NCBI GenBank assembly: GCA_002269645.1
Contig: NIVC01004836.1
Span: 1 to 33,795, forward strand
Length of the DNA: 33,795 bases
Direction: 5' to 3'
DNA from: Macrostomum lignano
Taxonomy: Eukaryota
Below are positions 10,698-22,125 of the stretch, in pieces. Numbering within the stretch: position 1 is the first letter of the stretch; each line of letters begins with the position of its first letter. The position numbers and the translations under genes are program-made. The notes beneath the pieces were generated by a model, which saw nothing but the letters and a program-made list of their open reading frames with translations, did not search any database and had not been told where the DNA came from.

Positions 10698-12804
10698 GGC
10701 ACCAGCTTGAGTCATAGGCAAAAGCATTAAAAACTCCATTGAATTGTGCTAAAACTACATTTTACTTCTGTAGTGCACCTAAACAAAAAATTATGTTAAA
10801 ATGCATTTAAAAAAGGTGATAGGAGTTTTACCACCCAAGGTTGCATTTTGATTATGTGATTATGTCAATGACGGCTACAGACCACTTGTTCCTTTTAACT
10901 GTATTGACCGGTTTCGTTGACGCATCAATCTTCTTGACGGAATCAAGATATAAGCGTGTCATGATTAGCAGCTCGTAGATGGCAAATCTTCAACGGGTCT
11001 TGCTTATCCGGCCCACTTTCCAGCAAGTCTAATTTCCCATTTTCTTGTTCAAATGATAACAATGTAATACTAGCGTGTTTTGTTACAGAAAAATCGATGG
11101 TTCAAACCCATACCTCCTTCACCAGTGCTTCAAATTTTATAGTCTATGGTAAAATCCTAAAAATACCGCAAGGCTCCGCCTCGACAGCAGACCCCTTGAC
11201 CCCGCTGTGCAGTGCCATAGACAGAATTGCATTTCTGAAATTTTGTTGGCTCCCCGACGAAACTGCAACCCTTCCTATATATAGAACGCATTTCTGCACA
11301 CACAAAAACAAGCAGACGTCTTGCATGCTTTCTAAGCTAGATTTTGTTTAAGCCTGGACCACCAACATCCGAGGCGTGATAAATCAATTCTGTGCGGCTA
11401 AGGCCCCCGGTTGTGTAGTGTGGTGGCTGGGAAAGAGGAGGTATAGAGCTGTACCGACCGCATCATGAAGACAGCCCTGGTGCAGGCGAACTAAATGGTA
11501 ACTGTGCGATCTGTCAAGCAACTGACACGCATTGCATGCTGTGTTGCAGCGGTGCAAATTTGCGAAAAATTTTAACGCAATTGATTCATCACTGCTCTGC
11601 AATGTCGCTGATTTCCATTGGACGCGTTTAAAAGCAACAGTGTGTAGACTAGCTGATAAAATCACTGGTCAAAGGCTAAGGAAAACTAAGGAAGGTCCAA
11701 TTTTTCACAATCTGAAGAGAAAGTCAAGAAGTGACCAAGCCGGTTCTTGAGAGACACTGACTGCTCAGACAGAATGGGTGAGCAAGTGTACAGGACGCTT
11801 CCATCGTCACGGGATCGAGGAGTCCAGATGAGGCCTTGCAGAGCGGAGGGGGCAGCAGTTGCTAATGAGCAGAATGGACTGCCAGCCGTTAGCAGAGCAC
11901 TGGATGGATTTCGCTGGCTTTCTGCATAATCCCACGCATGCAGTGGTGTCCGTGTACAAGCGTAAAAGTACATCCGTCAGTCCAAGCCATTAAACAGCTT
12001 ATGCATATAGTTTATCTAGCTGAGGCTTGAGTGGGTAAAACTGTTTAGAAATGCAAAAATTGGGTCGCATAGGAAACTGCAGTAGGCAGCATAATCCTTC
12101 TTTCCCAGGGAAAGCCCCAGCATGGTATAAAATATTGGAGCCCAAATTGATATTTGTTCAAACCTAGACCTCCCTCTCCTCCCAGATCCCTGGATCCCCC
12201 GCTCAGTCAATCTGAGGGGTAGCAGTCTTCCCTCTCTGTACTCTCTGCCAAGCTTCCTTAATTCCCAATTCTGGTCCACAATCTCCATCCCTATCTCCCA
12301 TCCCCAAGCCTCTTCTTATTCTCCCTATGCTATTAGTGCTGATTGCTTTTTGACTAGCAGATGGTCCCGCCTGAGACCGTCGGTTTACAATAAATCTCTA
12401 GCTGTCAGAATCCGGACAGATGTCATTAATTCAAATAGTCATTCTTCTTTCTTGTTACTTGCATTGAGGAAATGTTGCTCAGTTCCATATTTATCTACAT
12501 GATTATTTAATTGTCGATCTTGCATATCATTGCAATCTGCGTAGATCAAGGATTTTTTCGCGAAATCTGCAAATCTTTTTATATGATTTTTTATTAAAGA
12601 GAGATGGAGTCGCCCTGCTCATGGCTGAAGATGAGTGATGACAGATTAAACGGATTTACGGAATAAGACAGTGCGTGGGTGTGACAGGATGGGGTGGGAA
12701 GAGGAAGATTCTGATATTAATTAATTTCTGTGCTTTTGAAATGCGTTTGGTTTGATTTGTTACTTTGAAGCAATGGATTAACCGCCCTTCCCTTTGGTGA
12801 ATGA

Positions 12805-13560
12805 CCCCTGACAAACTGAATAATTCCCCTTGACGAATGAGCAATACCCCTGACAAACTGAATAATTCCCCTTGACGAATAAGCATTACCCCTGACAAAC
12901 AATAATTCTCATTGACGAATGAGTATTACCCCTGACAAACTGAATAATTCCCCTTGACGAATAAGCATTACCCCTGACAAACTGAATAATTCCCCTTGAC
13001 GAATAAGTATTACCCCTGACAAACTGAATAATTCCCCTTGACGAATAAGCATTACCCCTGACAAACTGAATAATTCCCCTTGACGAATAAGTGTTACCCC
13101 TGACAAACTGAATAATTCCCCTTGACGAATAAGCATTACCCCTGACAAACAATAATTCTCATTGACGAATGAGTATTACCCCTGACAAACGGAATAATTC
13201 CCCTTGACTAATAAGCATTACCCCTGACAAACTGAATAATTCCCCTTGACTAATAAGCATTACCCCTGACAAACTGAATAATTCCCCTTGACGAATAAGT
13301 ATTACCCCTGACAAACTGAATAATTCCTTTTGATGAATAAGTATTACCCTTGAAAAACTGAATAATTCCCCTTGACGAATAAGTATTACCCTTGACAAAC
13401 GCAATAATTCCCATGGACGAATGAGTATTACCCCTGACAAACTGAATAATTCCCCTTGACGAATGAGCATTACCCCTGACAAACTGAATAATTCCCCTTG
13501 ACCAATGAGTAATACCCCTGACAAACTGAATAATTCCCCTTGACCAATGAAATGTCACCC
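12805..13560. repeat. 42-bp minisatellite (CCCCTGACAAACTGAATAATTCCCCTTGACGAATAAGCATTA), ~18 copies, with 40-bp variants
   Basis: Period is visible in DNA and as the 14-aa repeat GELFSLSGVMLIRQ in spurious minus-strand ORFs. Confidence 0.95.
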
Positions 13561-14165
13561 CTGAAAAACTCAGTAATTCAATAATTGAAATTCTTCAATA
13601 ATGGAAGCAATTTTATACAAGACAACGAGCAAGCCATCGTTAGTCGCTTCAGGGGGAGAAGGGAGAGGGGAGGCCAAATGATAAAAAGCCAGATCCCATC
13701 GCCTGGAGGTTTCGCTGCACATTCTCTCATCTCTCCCTCTTGCCGCCGCCATTCACATTATAACAGCTTGCTTGCCCAGGCTTTGCTGCTTCTGCTTTGC
13801 TGCTTCTGCTCTTCCATCCCAGCAATCCGCCTGTCTGACTGCGCACTCTTCCCGACTTGGTACCCCCCACTCCGACTGCCCGTCCCTCGCGTTTCCGATC
13901 TCCCTCTCTCATTTCTCCCATGCCAATCCCGGGCGCCAATATTTGTACTTCTTCTTCTGCAACCGAGCGCCTAACGCGCAATCCTACTTCTAAAAGAAGA
14001 AAAGCGAACCGTTGGCCCCTCTGTTCTTGGTCCGGTTTAGCATCGACCTGCGCAAAGTATTGTGTTGCTGGTGGTCGGGCAGGGACAAAACATGCAATAT
14101 TTTAGGGATTTTTTCCTCTGCTTGGAGGCCGCATCCCACTAGGTTCGCGGCCTCTGCCTAACAAA

Positions 14166-14186
14166 ATGGAAACCAAGGAATGCCAG
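14166..14186 (+). CDS. Possible first coding micro-exon (METKECQ) of an unidentified gene
   Basis: AAAATGG start context. CAG|GTCCCT donor in phase 0 matches the phase-0 exon at 14547. Confidence 0.3.
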
Positions 14187-14219
14187 GTCCCTGTGTCTGT
14201 ACTTCTCCCTTCCACTCTT

Positions 14220-14510
14220 GCCAGTCTGTTCTCTCTGCATTTTCTCTCCGTATCTTCCTCTCTCCCTCTCTACCCCTCTCCCCCTCTCCCTCTCTGCCTC
14301 TCTCACCCTCTCCCGCTCTCCCTCTCTCCCTCTCTCACCCTCTCTCTCTCTCCCTCTCGCTCTCTACTTTTCTCTCTCTCCATCTCTGTCTCTCTCCCTC
14401 TCTACCTCTCTACTTCTCTCCCTCTCTACTTCTCTCCCTCTCTTCCTCTCTCCCTCTATCCATATTCCTCTCAAATTTTCTCCTCCTCTCTCCCCCTCTC
14501 TCCCTCTCAA
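14220..14510. repeat. CT-rich low-complexity tract (intronic polypyrimidine)
   Basis: Degenerate (CT)n/CTCTCC. Generates several spurious S/L/P ORFs. Confidence 0.85.
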
Positions 14511-14546
14511 TTTTCAAATAATTGCAAACCACTGAAATAATCCAAG

Positions 14547-14747
14547 CCTCAAAAAATTCCCATTGTCAGAGGCAAGCTCAGCTTTGTCACTGGGAAGTCG
14601 CGAAAGTCCCGAGCGGAGACGGAGGCGCTGCCCCGGCCGCAGTCCTCCAGAGAGCGCAAGAACTCTTGCCCGGACGCCGAGGCAGCGGCAGCGGCAGCAG
14701 CTGCAGCGGGAGGAACGGGAGACGATGCACTGGACCGGTCAAATAAG
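14547..14747 (+). CDS. Probable internal exon of an unidentified low-complexity protein (PQKIPIVRGKLSFVTGKSRK...DAEAAAAAAAAAGGTGDDALDRSNK)
   Basis: 201-nt stop-free frame not listed in the ORF track. CAAG| acceptor follows the CT tract; AAG|GTTAG donor; GC-rich codons and a poly-Ala run. Confidence 0.55.
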
Positions 14748-14778
14748 GTTAGCGGCGCTGTAACTGTATAGTCTATGG

Positions 14779-16314
14779 CCTAAGCCAGCTATGACCGTAG
14801 CCTACTATGATCCTAAGCCAGCTATGACCGTAGCCTACTATGATCCTAAGTCAGCTATGACCGTAGCCTACTATGATCCTAAGCCAGCTATGACCGTAGC
14901 CTACTATGATCCTAAGCCAGCTATGACCGTAGCCTACTATGATCCTAAGCCAGCTATGACCGTAGCCTACTATAACCCTAAGCCAGCTATGACCGTAGCC
15001 TACTAACCCTAAGCCAGCTATGACCGTAGCCTACTAACCCTAAGCCAGCTATGACCGTAGCCTACTATGATCCTAAGTCAGCTATGACCGTAGCCTACTA
15101 TGATCCTAAGCCAGCTATGACCGTAGCCTACTATAACCCTAAGCCAGCTATGACCGTAGCCTACTATGATCTTAACACAGCTATGACCTTAGCCTACTAT
15201 GATCCTAAGACAGCTATGACCGTAGCCTACTATGATCCTAAGACAGCTATGACTGTAGCCTACTATGATCCTAAGACAGCTATGACTGTAGCCTACTATG
15301 ATCCTAAGACAGCTATGACTGTAGCCTACTATGACCCTAAGACAGCTATGACTGTAGCCTACTATGATCCTAAGTCAGCTATGACCGTAGCCTACTATGA
15401 TCCTAAGCCAGCTATGACCGTAGCCTACTATAACCCTAAGCCAGCTATGACTGTAGCCTACTATGATCCTAAGCCAGCTATGACCGTAGCCAACTATGAT
15501 CCTAAGCCAGCTATGACCGTAGCCTACTATGATCCTAAGCCAGCTATGACCGTAGCCTACTAACCCTAAGCCAGCTATGACCGTAGCCTACTAACCCTAA
15601 GCCAGCTATGACCGTAGCCTACTATGATCCTAAGTCAGCTATGACCGTAGCCTACTATGATCCTAAGCCAGCTATGACCGTAGCCTACTATAACCCTAAG
15701 CCAGCTATGACCGTAGCCTACTATGATCCTAACACAGCTATGACCTTAGCCTACTATGATCTTAACACAGCTATGACCTTAGCCTACTATGATCCTAAGA
15801 CAGCTATGACCGTAGCCTACTATGATCCTAAGACAGCTATGACTGTAGCCTACTATGATCCTAAGACAGCTATGACTGTAGCCTACTATGATCCTAAGAC
15901 AGCTATGACTGTAGCCTACTATGACCCTAAGACAGCTATGACTGTAGCCTACTATGATCCTAAGCCAGCTATGACCGTAGCCTACTATGATCCTAACACA
16001 GCTATGACCTTAGCCTACTATGATCTTAACACAGCTATGACCTTAGCCTACTATGATCCTAAGACAGCTATGACCGTAGCCTACTATGATCCTAAGACAG
16101 CTATGACCGTAGCCTACTATGATCCTAAGACAGCTATGACTGTAGCCTACTATGATCCTAAGACAGCTATGACTGTAGCCTACTATGACCCTAAGACAGC
16201 TATGAATGTAGCCTACTATGATCCTAAGACAGCTATGACTGTAGCCTACTATGACCCTAAGCCAGCTATGACCGTAGCCTACTATGATCCTAAGAATGAC
16301 TGTAGCCTACTATG
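14779..16314. repeat. 33-bp minisatellite (ATGACCGTAGCCTACTATGATCCTAAGCCAGCT), ~46 copies, with 31-bp variants
   Basis: Exact period seen in DNA. Translates as MTVAYYDPKPA repeats, interrupted by the 31-bp units. Confidence 0.97.
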
Positions 16315-16696
16315 GCAGTGCTACTTTCGGTATTCAAATTTACATTATTCAGAAAGACAGCAAAACAGCTGTCAATAAGAAATCAGAGAAAACCTCCCAT
16401 TCATTATTTTTCCTCCTACTGGCACTTGTTCGCATCCCTAATCTATAAAAAACCTTTGCTTGGCATCTTCTTTCAGCGTCTCTGCTCAGTCAGTCTCAAT
16501 CTCTTCTTCTTCACAGCAATTCGAACAACGCTGTTAATATCGATCTGTTGCTCAGGACTTGACTGTGCCAGTCGCTTTCACCAAATGAGGGGAATAGGAG
16601 CCTGAAAGACAGATCAGAAATCAAGAAATAGGAGCTGAAAGCTGAATGGAAAGGAGTTGGGAAGGAAACACCGTATAAGAAGACAGCCTACTTAAA

Positions 16697-16900
16697 GGTA
16701 GGCAGGTAGACAGTGAGGTGGAGTCTCATAGGTAGGCAGGTAGACAGTGAGGTGGAGTCTCACAGGTAGGCAGGTAGACAGTGAGGTGGAGTCTCACAGG
16801 TAGGCAGGTAGACAGTGAGGTGGAGTCTCATAGGTAGGCAGGTAGACAGTGAGGTGGAGTCTCACAGGTAGGCAGGTAGACAGTGAGGTGGAGTCTCACA
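16697..16900. repeat. 34-bp tandem repeat x6 (GGTAGGCAGGTAGACAGTGAGGTGGAGTCTCA(T/C)A)
   Basis: Units start at 16697, 16731, 16765, 16799, 16833 and 16867. Confidence 0.95.
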
Positions 16901-16907
16901 TGTGCAG

Positions 16908-17129
16908 GGCACACTGCAAGGTCACTGAGGTTCGCACACCGCCGCCACCCGCAGGAGCTGAAGAAAGTGCACTCAGAGATGGCCTCCAGCTGCAATTATG
17001 ATCAAGAAGCGGCGCAGGCGGTGGCGTCGGCATCACTAAGAAGAAGTCCGGCCTGAACTTCAGCCTGCAGAGCATATTCAGCACGAAGAAGAGCAAGAGC
17101 CGGTCAGACTCGAAACTCAATCCCACCTG
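16908..17129 (+). CDS. Possible terminal exon of the unidentified gene, ending ...TKKKSGLNFSLQSIFSTKKSKSRSDSKLNPT*; frame ambiguous
   Basis: TGCAG| acceptor at 16907, coding-like composition, TGA at 17127-17129 followed by a CT-rich tract. No single frame is open across the whole segment. Confidence 0.35.
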
Positions 17130-17234
17130 ATCGGTGCAGCGCCAACTCCCCTTATCTCCCCCGACCGGCGGCCTCTTCGCTGGCTTCCTGTCTCGTCTCC
17201 TTTTTGTCTCCTTGTTAGGCTTTTCTCACAGGTA

Positions 17235-17430
17235 GTGATCTTTCTCTCTTTCCCTCTCTCTCCCTCTCTCACTCTCCTCTCTCTTTCTCTCTCTCCCTCT
17301 CTCTCCCCTCTCGCTCTCTCCCTCTCTCCCTCTCTCCTCCCTCTCCCCATCTCACTCTCTCCCCCTCTCCCTCTCTCACTCTCCTTCTCTCTCTCCCTCC
17401 CTCTCCTCCTCTCCTTCTCTCTGACCTTTA
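17235..17430. repeat. CT-rich low-complexity tract
   Basis: Read directly. Confidence 0.85.
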
Positions 17431-17656
17431 CCTGTCTCACTGGCTTAAACTTCGACTTGCTGCTTGCTGCTGCTTCTATGCGTATGTTCTCATCATAGCT
17501 TGTATGTTAAGTCTGCTTTAGGGTCCCTTTTCAAATTCTAGATTTCGTTTGGGAGCTGTACAGCATTTTGATCATTTGGGAGTTGAATTTTGAGGCCAAA
17601 ATGATGACAAGGTTACTAAAAGTTCAAGTATTCAAAAGGTAAGAATGGAGCTCAAA

Positions 17657-18585
17657 TGAGGGGAGATTCTACTGAGGTAAGATTCTACTGAGGGGGGATT
17701 CTACTGAGGGGGGATTCTACTGAGGGGGGATTCTACTGAGGGGAGATTCTACTGAGGGGAGATTCTACTGAGGGAAGATTCTACTGAGGGGAGATTCTAC
17801 TGGGGGGAGATTCTACTAAGGGAAGATTCTACTAAGAGGAGATTCTACTGAGGGGATTCTACTGAGGGGAGATTCTACTGAGGGGAGATTCTACTGAGGG
17901 AAGATTCTACTGAGGGGAGATTCTACTGAGGGGAGATTCTACTGAGGGAAGATTCTACTGAGGGAAGATTCTACTCTTAGAATCTTAGAGGGGAGATTAG
18001 AGGGGAGATCTCTCTTAGAGGGGAGATTCTACTGAGGGAAGATTCTACTGAGGGAAGATTCTACTGAGGGAAGATTCTACTGAGGGAAGATTCTACTAAG
18101 AGGAGATTCTACTGAGGGGATTCTACTGAGGGGAGATTCTACTGAGGGGAGATTCTACTGAGGGAGATTCTACTGAGGGAAGATTCTACTGAGGGGAGAT
18201 TCTACTGAGGGGGGATTCTACTGAGGGAAGATTCTACTAAGAGGAGATTCTACTGAGGGGATTCTACTGAGGGGAGATTCTACTGAGGGGAGATTCTACT
18301 GAGGGGGGATTCTACTGAGGGAAGATTCTACTAAGAGGAGATTCTACTGAGGGGATTCTACTGAGGGGAGATTCTACTGAGGGGAGATTCTACTGAGGGA
18401 AGATTCTACTGAGGGGAGATTCTACTGGGGGAGATTCTACTGAGGGGAGATTCTACTGAGGGGAGATTCTACTAAGAGGAGATTCTACTGAGGGAAGATT
18501 CTACTGAGGGGAGATTCTACTGGGGGGAGATTCTACTGAGGGAAGATTCTACTGAGGGGAGATTCTACTGGGGGAGATTCTACTG
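17657..18585. repeat. 16-bp G-rich minisatellite (GAGGGGAGATTCTACT), ~58 copies, 14-16 bp variants
   Basis: Read directly; interrupted at ~17974-18016. Confidence 0.97.
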
Positions 18586-19064
18586 CTGTACGAGCCGATT
18601 GTTTGAAAATTAAACTTAATTACAATCACAAAGTATTATGAATTTAATATCGTACGAGTGTATTACAATGTATTGTATCCATGGGGAAAATAGAGGAATT
18701 TTCAGAATCTATGCTATTCATATCCGCTTGCTTTTTTTCTATTTTTGTCTGTTGAGTCTGCTTAAAGTATTTGGTTCTCTATCTCTCTATTTGCCCGCCT
18801 CTCTTTTGCGTCCTCTTTGTCGCAGAGCTGGTTCGTTACGCATATATGAGTACAGATAATTATTGTCTAGTTTATTTTTGTCAGTTCTGCTACACAGCAC
18901 AAGTCAGAGACCACTTCGAATAAACAGAGCTCCCGAGCACAGCCCATCAATTGTCTGCTTATATCATTTATAAATACAGCCTACAGTACCACTGCATTCT
19001 GCTATTAAATATCGAAGACGTTACTTGAACTACTTTTATCATATTTCATTTTTAAAGCTGTTAA

Positions 19065-19068
19065 AGAC

Positions 19069-19107
<39 letters not shown>

Positions 19108-19108
19108 A

Positions 19109-19143
<35 letters not shown>

Positions 19144-19184
19144 AAGACAGACAGAAAGACAGACAGACAGACAGACAGACAGAA

Positions 19185-19245
<61 letters not shown>

Positions 19246-19268
19246 GGCAGACAGACAGACGGACAGAC
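19065..19268. repeat. (GACA)n microsatellite with GAAA variants
   Basis: Read directly. Explains the QTDR/SVCL ORFs. Confidence 0.97.
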
Positions 19269-19781
19269 CGGCAGTGCTCCAGAAAACAGAATTCTCAATT
19301 TTTATACCGGCGCAGCTGAAAACGGCAAAAACTGACCAATTAATCGATCGAAGAAAATCTGGGCTATCTACAGACGACACACACAGGAGAATTTTTCAAG
19401 CGCACAGCGATTTCTAACCGGTTCCGACTAGAAAAATGCTTGCAGAAAATTTTTCGAAATGATTTTTGGGGGCGGCTCAATCAATTAGCCATCCAGGGGT
19501 TTGACTGTGGATTTGCCACGCCTAGAAACACGATTTCTAAAGGGGCAGCTGCATGGCCTCACACGACGTCTTGCAGCCTCACTTCGCAAATTATATTTTA
19601 TAATAACTCCACCATCTCTAGAAACTCGATTGACATGAAAAAAACGGTATAAATGAAAAAATATTTGCAGAAAATATTCTCCTGACTGGCTACTGTCAGT
19701 GGCAGTTGATGGTTATTTTTAACTATTTTATGGAAGAAAATTCTACTTTCGTCAAATATTTTACACCCTATGCGAATACAG

Positions 19782-20640
19782 CTAGCTAACTAACTAACAA
19801 ACTAATTCTTGACTTAGCTGCAGGGCGGTCCGAAGACGCAGCGGGGAGGCGAGCGTCGCCCATTCCGCAAATCCCTGAGAAGCCCGCATAGGCAAGGGCG
19901 CGGGGCCGGTCAGGGAGGTCTTTGACTCAGCTGCAGGGGGCTCCGTGCATCCGGATGCAGCGAGGAGGCGTTGCTGCCCATTTGGCTAATCCCTGGCGAC
20001 CAGGAGGGAGTTCAGGAGAGTCCAGGAGGTGGATGATCGCTCGCCCGGTAGCCCTTAGGTAGCGGACGATCTGGCATAGTTTCTTGGGTCTGAAAACGTT
20101 GGAGAGGTCCGGGTTTGGTCCGAGATAGGTGAGCCTGTCCTGAGTAAAGGCGGGGCATTCACAGATGAAGGGGCATAAAGGGGACAGATAGAGGGCCATG
20201 GTCACTGCCCTGATGTCCCTGCGGTTGAGTCCAAGCAGGGCGGTGAGGGGGGGTCTGCCGGGCCTGTCTGCAGCGTGGTCTTCGGTAGGGAAGACGGAGG
20301 ATCGTTTGGTAGCCCGGAGAAACCGGCTCCGCCGTGGGATTTTCTTGGGCCTGCAAACGTCGTCCCAAGGGACGGGTTGGGCCCGAGGTAGTGTAGCCGG
20401 TCACGGTTCAAGGCCGGGCAGTAGCAGACGAAGTGCTTGGCGTCTTCGTTCTCGAGGTTGCAGAGGAGGCAGAGTTCGCTCCGGCGGACGCCTCGGTGGA
20501 AGCAGTGCCTGGCAAAGCAACCGTGACCTGTGAAGGTCATAGTGAGAGCGCGGATATCTTTTCGATTTTGGTTCAGAAGGGTTCTCCGCAACTTGAGGGA
20601 CTGGCGGCAGTCGGGAATGCCGTATCGTACACGGGTTTCC
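19782..20640 (-). mobile_element. 5'-truncated non-LTR retrotransposon 3' end (Loa/R1/I-type ORF2 C-terminal Cys-His domain), two tandem diverged modules plus a (TTAG)n-like tail
   Basis: Minus-strand translation gives DCRQSLKL...KDIRALTMTFTGHGCFARH...CLLCNLENEDAKHFVCYCPAL, then CRQARQ...[10 protein letters not shown]...FICECPAF...[10 protein letters not shown]-rich 3' UTR follows, ending in TTAGTTTGTTAGTTAGTTAG. Clade assignment is from remembered motifs. Confidence 0.8.
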
Positions 20641-21991
20641 TAATCAATTGGTGGATTTATTCAAGCCACATGATTTAGTGATTTTCAGGGCGAGGTTGCG
20701 AAACAACGTGCTTCTACGGCCATTGACTTGTCTTTATCTGTGCCAAAATTTGTTCGACCCTGTGGATCCTGAGGCAAGAAAAAGGAGTTTATCGACGAGT
20801 TATATCTGCTTAAGCCGAAACGTTAGGGATCGTAGCGCCGTTGAACATTTGGGTCGGCAGATGTACCGCGGGCTAGTAGATTTTTGGTACAGGCTTATGA
20901 CGATGCCACAAGGGATAAGGCCTCCAGCCATCTCTTGATAGACTTACGCCAGGAAACGCCGGATATGATGAGACTATCAAGAGGGAGGATATTACGAGCT
21001 AGAAGCAAATTTTGAGAAACTGACTAAAGCGTATTAGTTTTTTGTGTTTTTTCATCGAATTATCGTACTTATCCAACCAATTCGGGACTATTAGGGACTA
21101 GGGACTATTATGTAAACTTAAGCTCATAAGGTTGAATTCCTATTTGTCCCCTTGCTTGTCCTCTCCTATTTTCAGGTCCAATTTTTGTAACTTTTCTTGC
21201 CAAATCCAGCTTCCTCGCGTCACTGTGAGCAGAATGACGCATCATTTGTGTACATAGGTTACTCGGGCTCCACTTTATGAGCTCACACGCCTTAAGTTGA
21301 CAGGCCCTTTGTCTCCACTCCGTTATCATTTGTCAAATTATTAAACAAAGGTTACGATATTTAGGCCCGTCCTAGAAAAAATCGAAATAAAACTAGTATA
21401 TGCGTTTTATTAAATAACAATAAATATTAGTCAAAACAAAGACTACAGACTAATAAATTGGACAGTGACTGATTGCTACTGGAATAAAGCGAACTGCAGA
21501 AAAAAAACATAATTCGAGCGGTACAGGTTAATTTCAGATTTGAATCAGGTAAAATATTGCAATGAAGTTTATTGCAAAAAATACTCTATTTTCCTTTAAC
21601 AAGCAAAAAATTTTCATGAGGAAGAACTGACTGATTACAAGATAAATATATAAATTATATAAATATTATACATTGCAATTCGATTTTCTTATACTCGTAA
21701 TTGCTATTGCCAGTATAGTATCAGACACGACACGAGTGTTTTATCATGCTACCGCTGTAAAAATCTGAAGTTTCCTCCCACAATCACTAGATGGGACAAT
21801 CGGCACATTTGCGTGTAAGCTACTAACAATTCAGTAGATGGTTCAGTATGAAGCATTTTACTGTGTTTTAGGACAAGACTAATTTTTCTTCACTAAATCT
21901 CGACCCACGCCCCGCCTCCCAATTTTTACTGCCTTCCTCGGTGTTCCGCCTAAAGCTAGCATGATTATATAGACTCGTTTATTGCCCTCTA

Positions 21992-22125
21992 ATTGGCCCC
22001 CTGGCCGCTACTTTCCACAAAAATCTCTACCCCCACGCCCGCCTCTTATTGGCCCTCCGGCCGCGACTTTTCACAAAAAATCTCTACCCCCGCCCCGCCT
22101 CTTATTGGCCCTCCGGCCGCGACTT
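21992..22125. repeat. 56-bp tandem repeat (~2.4 copies) containing ATTGG and GC-box-like CCCCGCC motifs
   Basis: ATTGGCCC starts at 21992, 22048 and 22104. Confidence 0.85.

Noticed and set aside
10960-11100. Minus-strand SFEQENGKLDLL, reminiscent of a Penelope RT motif
   Set aside because: Too short, and lacks the conserved FLD and surrounding motifs.
12355-12400. GATGGTC-CCGCCTGA-GACCGTCGG...AATAAA resembles a Penelope-type hammerhead ribozyme end
   Set aside because: The CUGANGA core and GAAA are both absent, and stem I does not pair. At best an unprovable relic.
12656-13558. GELFSLSGV / SRGIIQFVRG repeat ORFs
   Set aside because: Translations of the 42-bp satellite.
14791-16378. MTVAYYDPK repeat ORFs as a protein-coding gene
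   Set aside because: They are products of a 33-bp satellite, are broken by 31-bp units, and lie right after a splice donor.
19855-19920. HDV-like ribozyme candidate on the minus strand (...TTGCGGAATGGGC)
   Set aside because: Could not build P1/P3/L3 with correct topology by hand. It also lies at the LINE 3' end, whereas such ribozymes are usually 5'.
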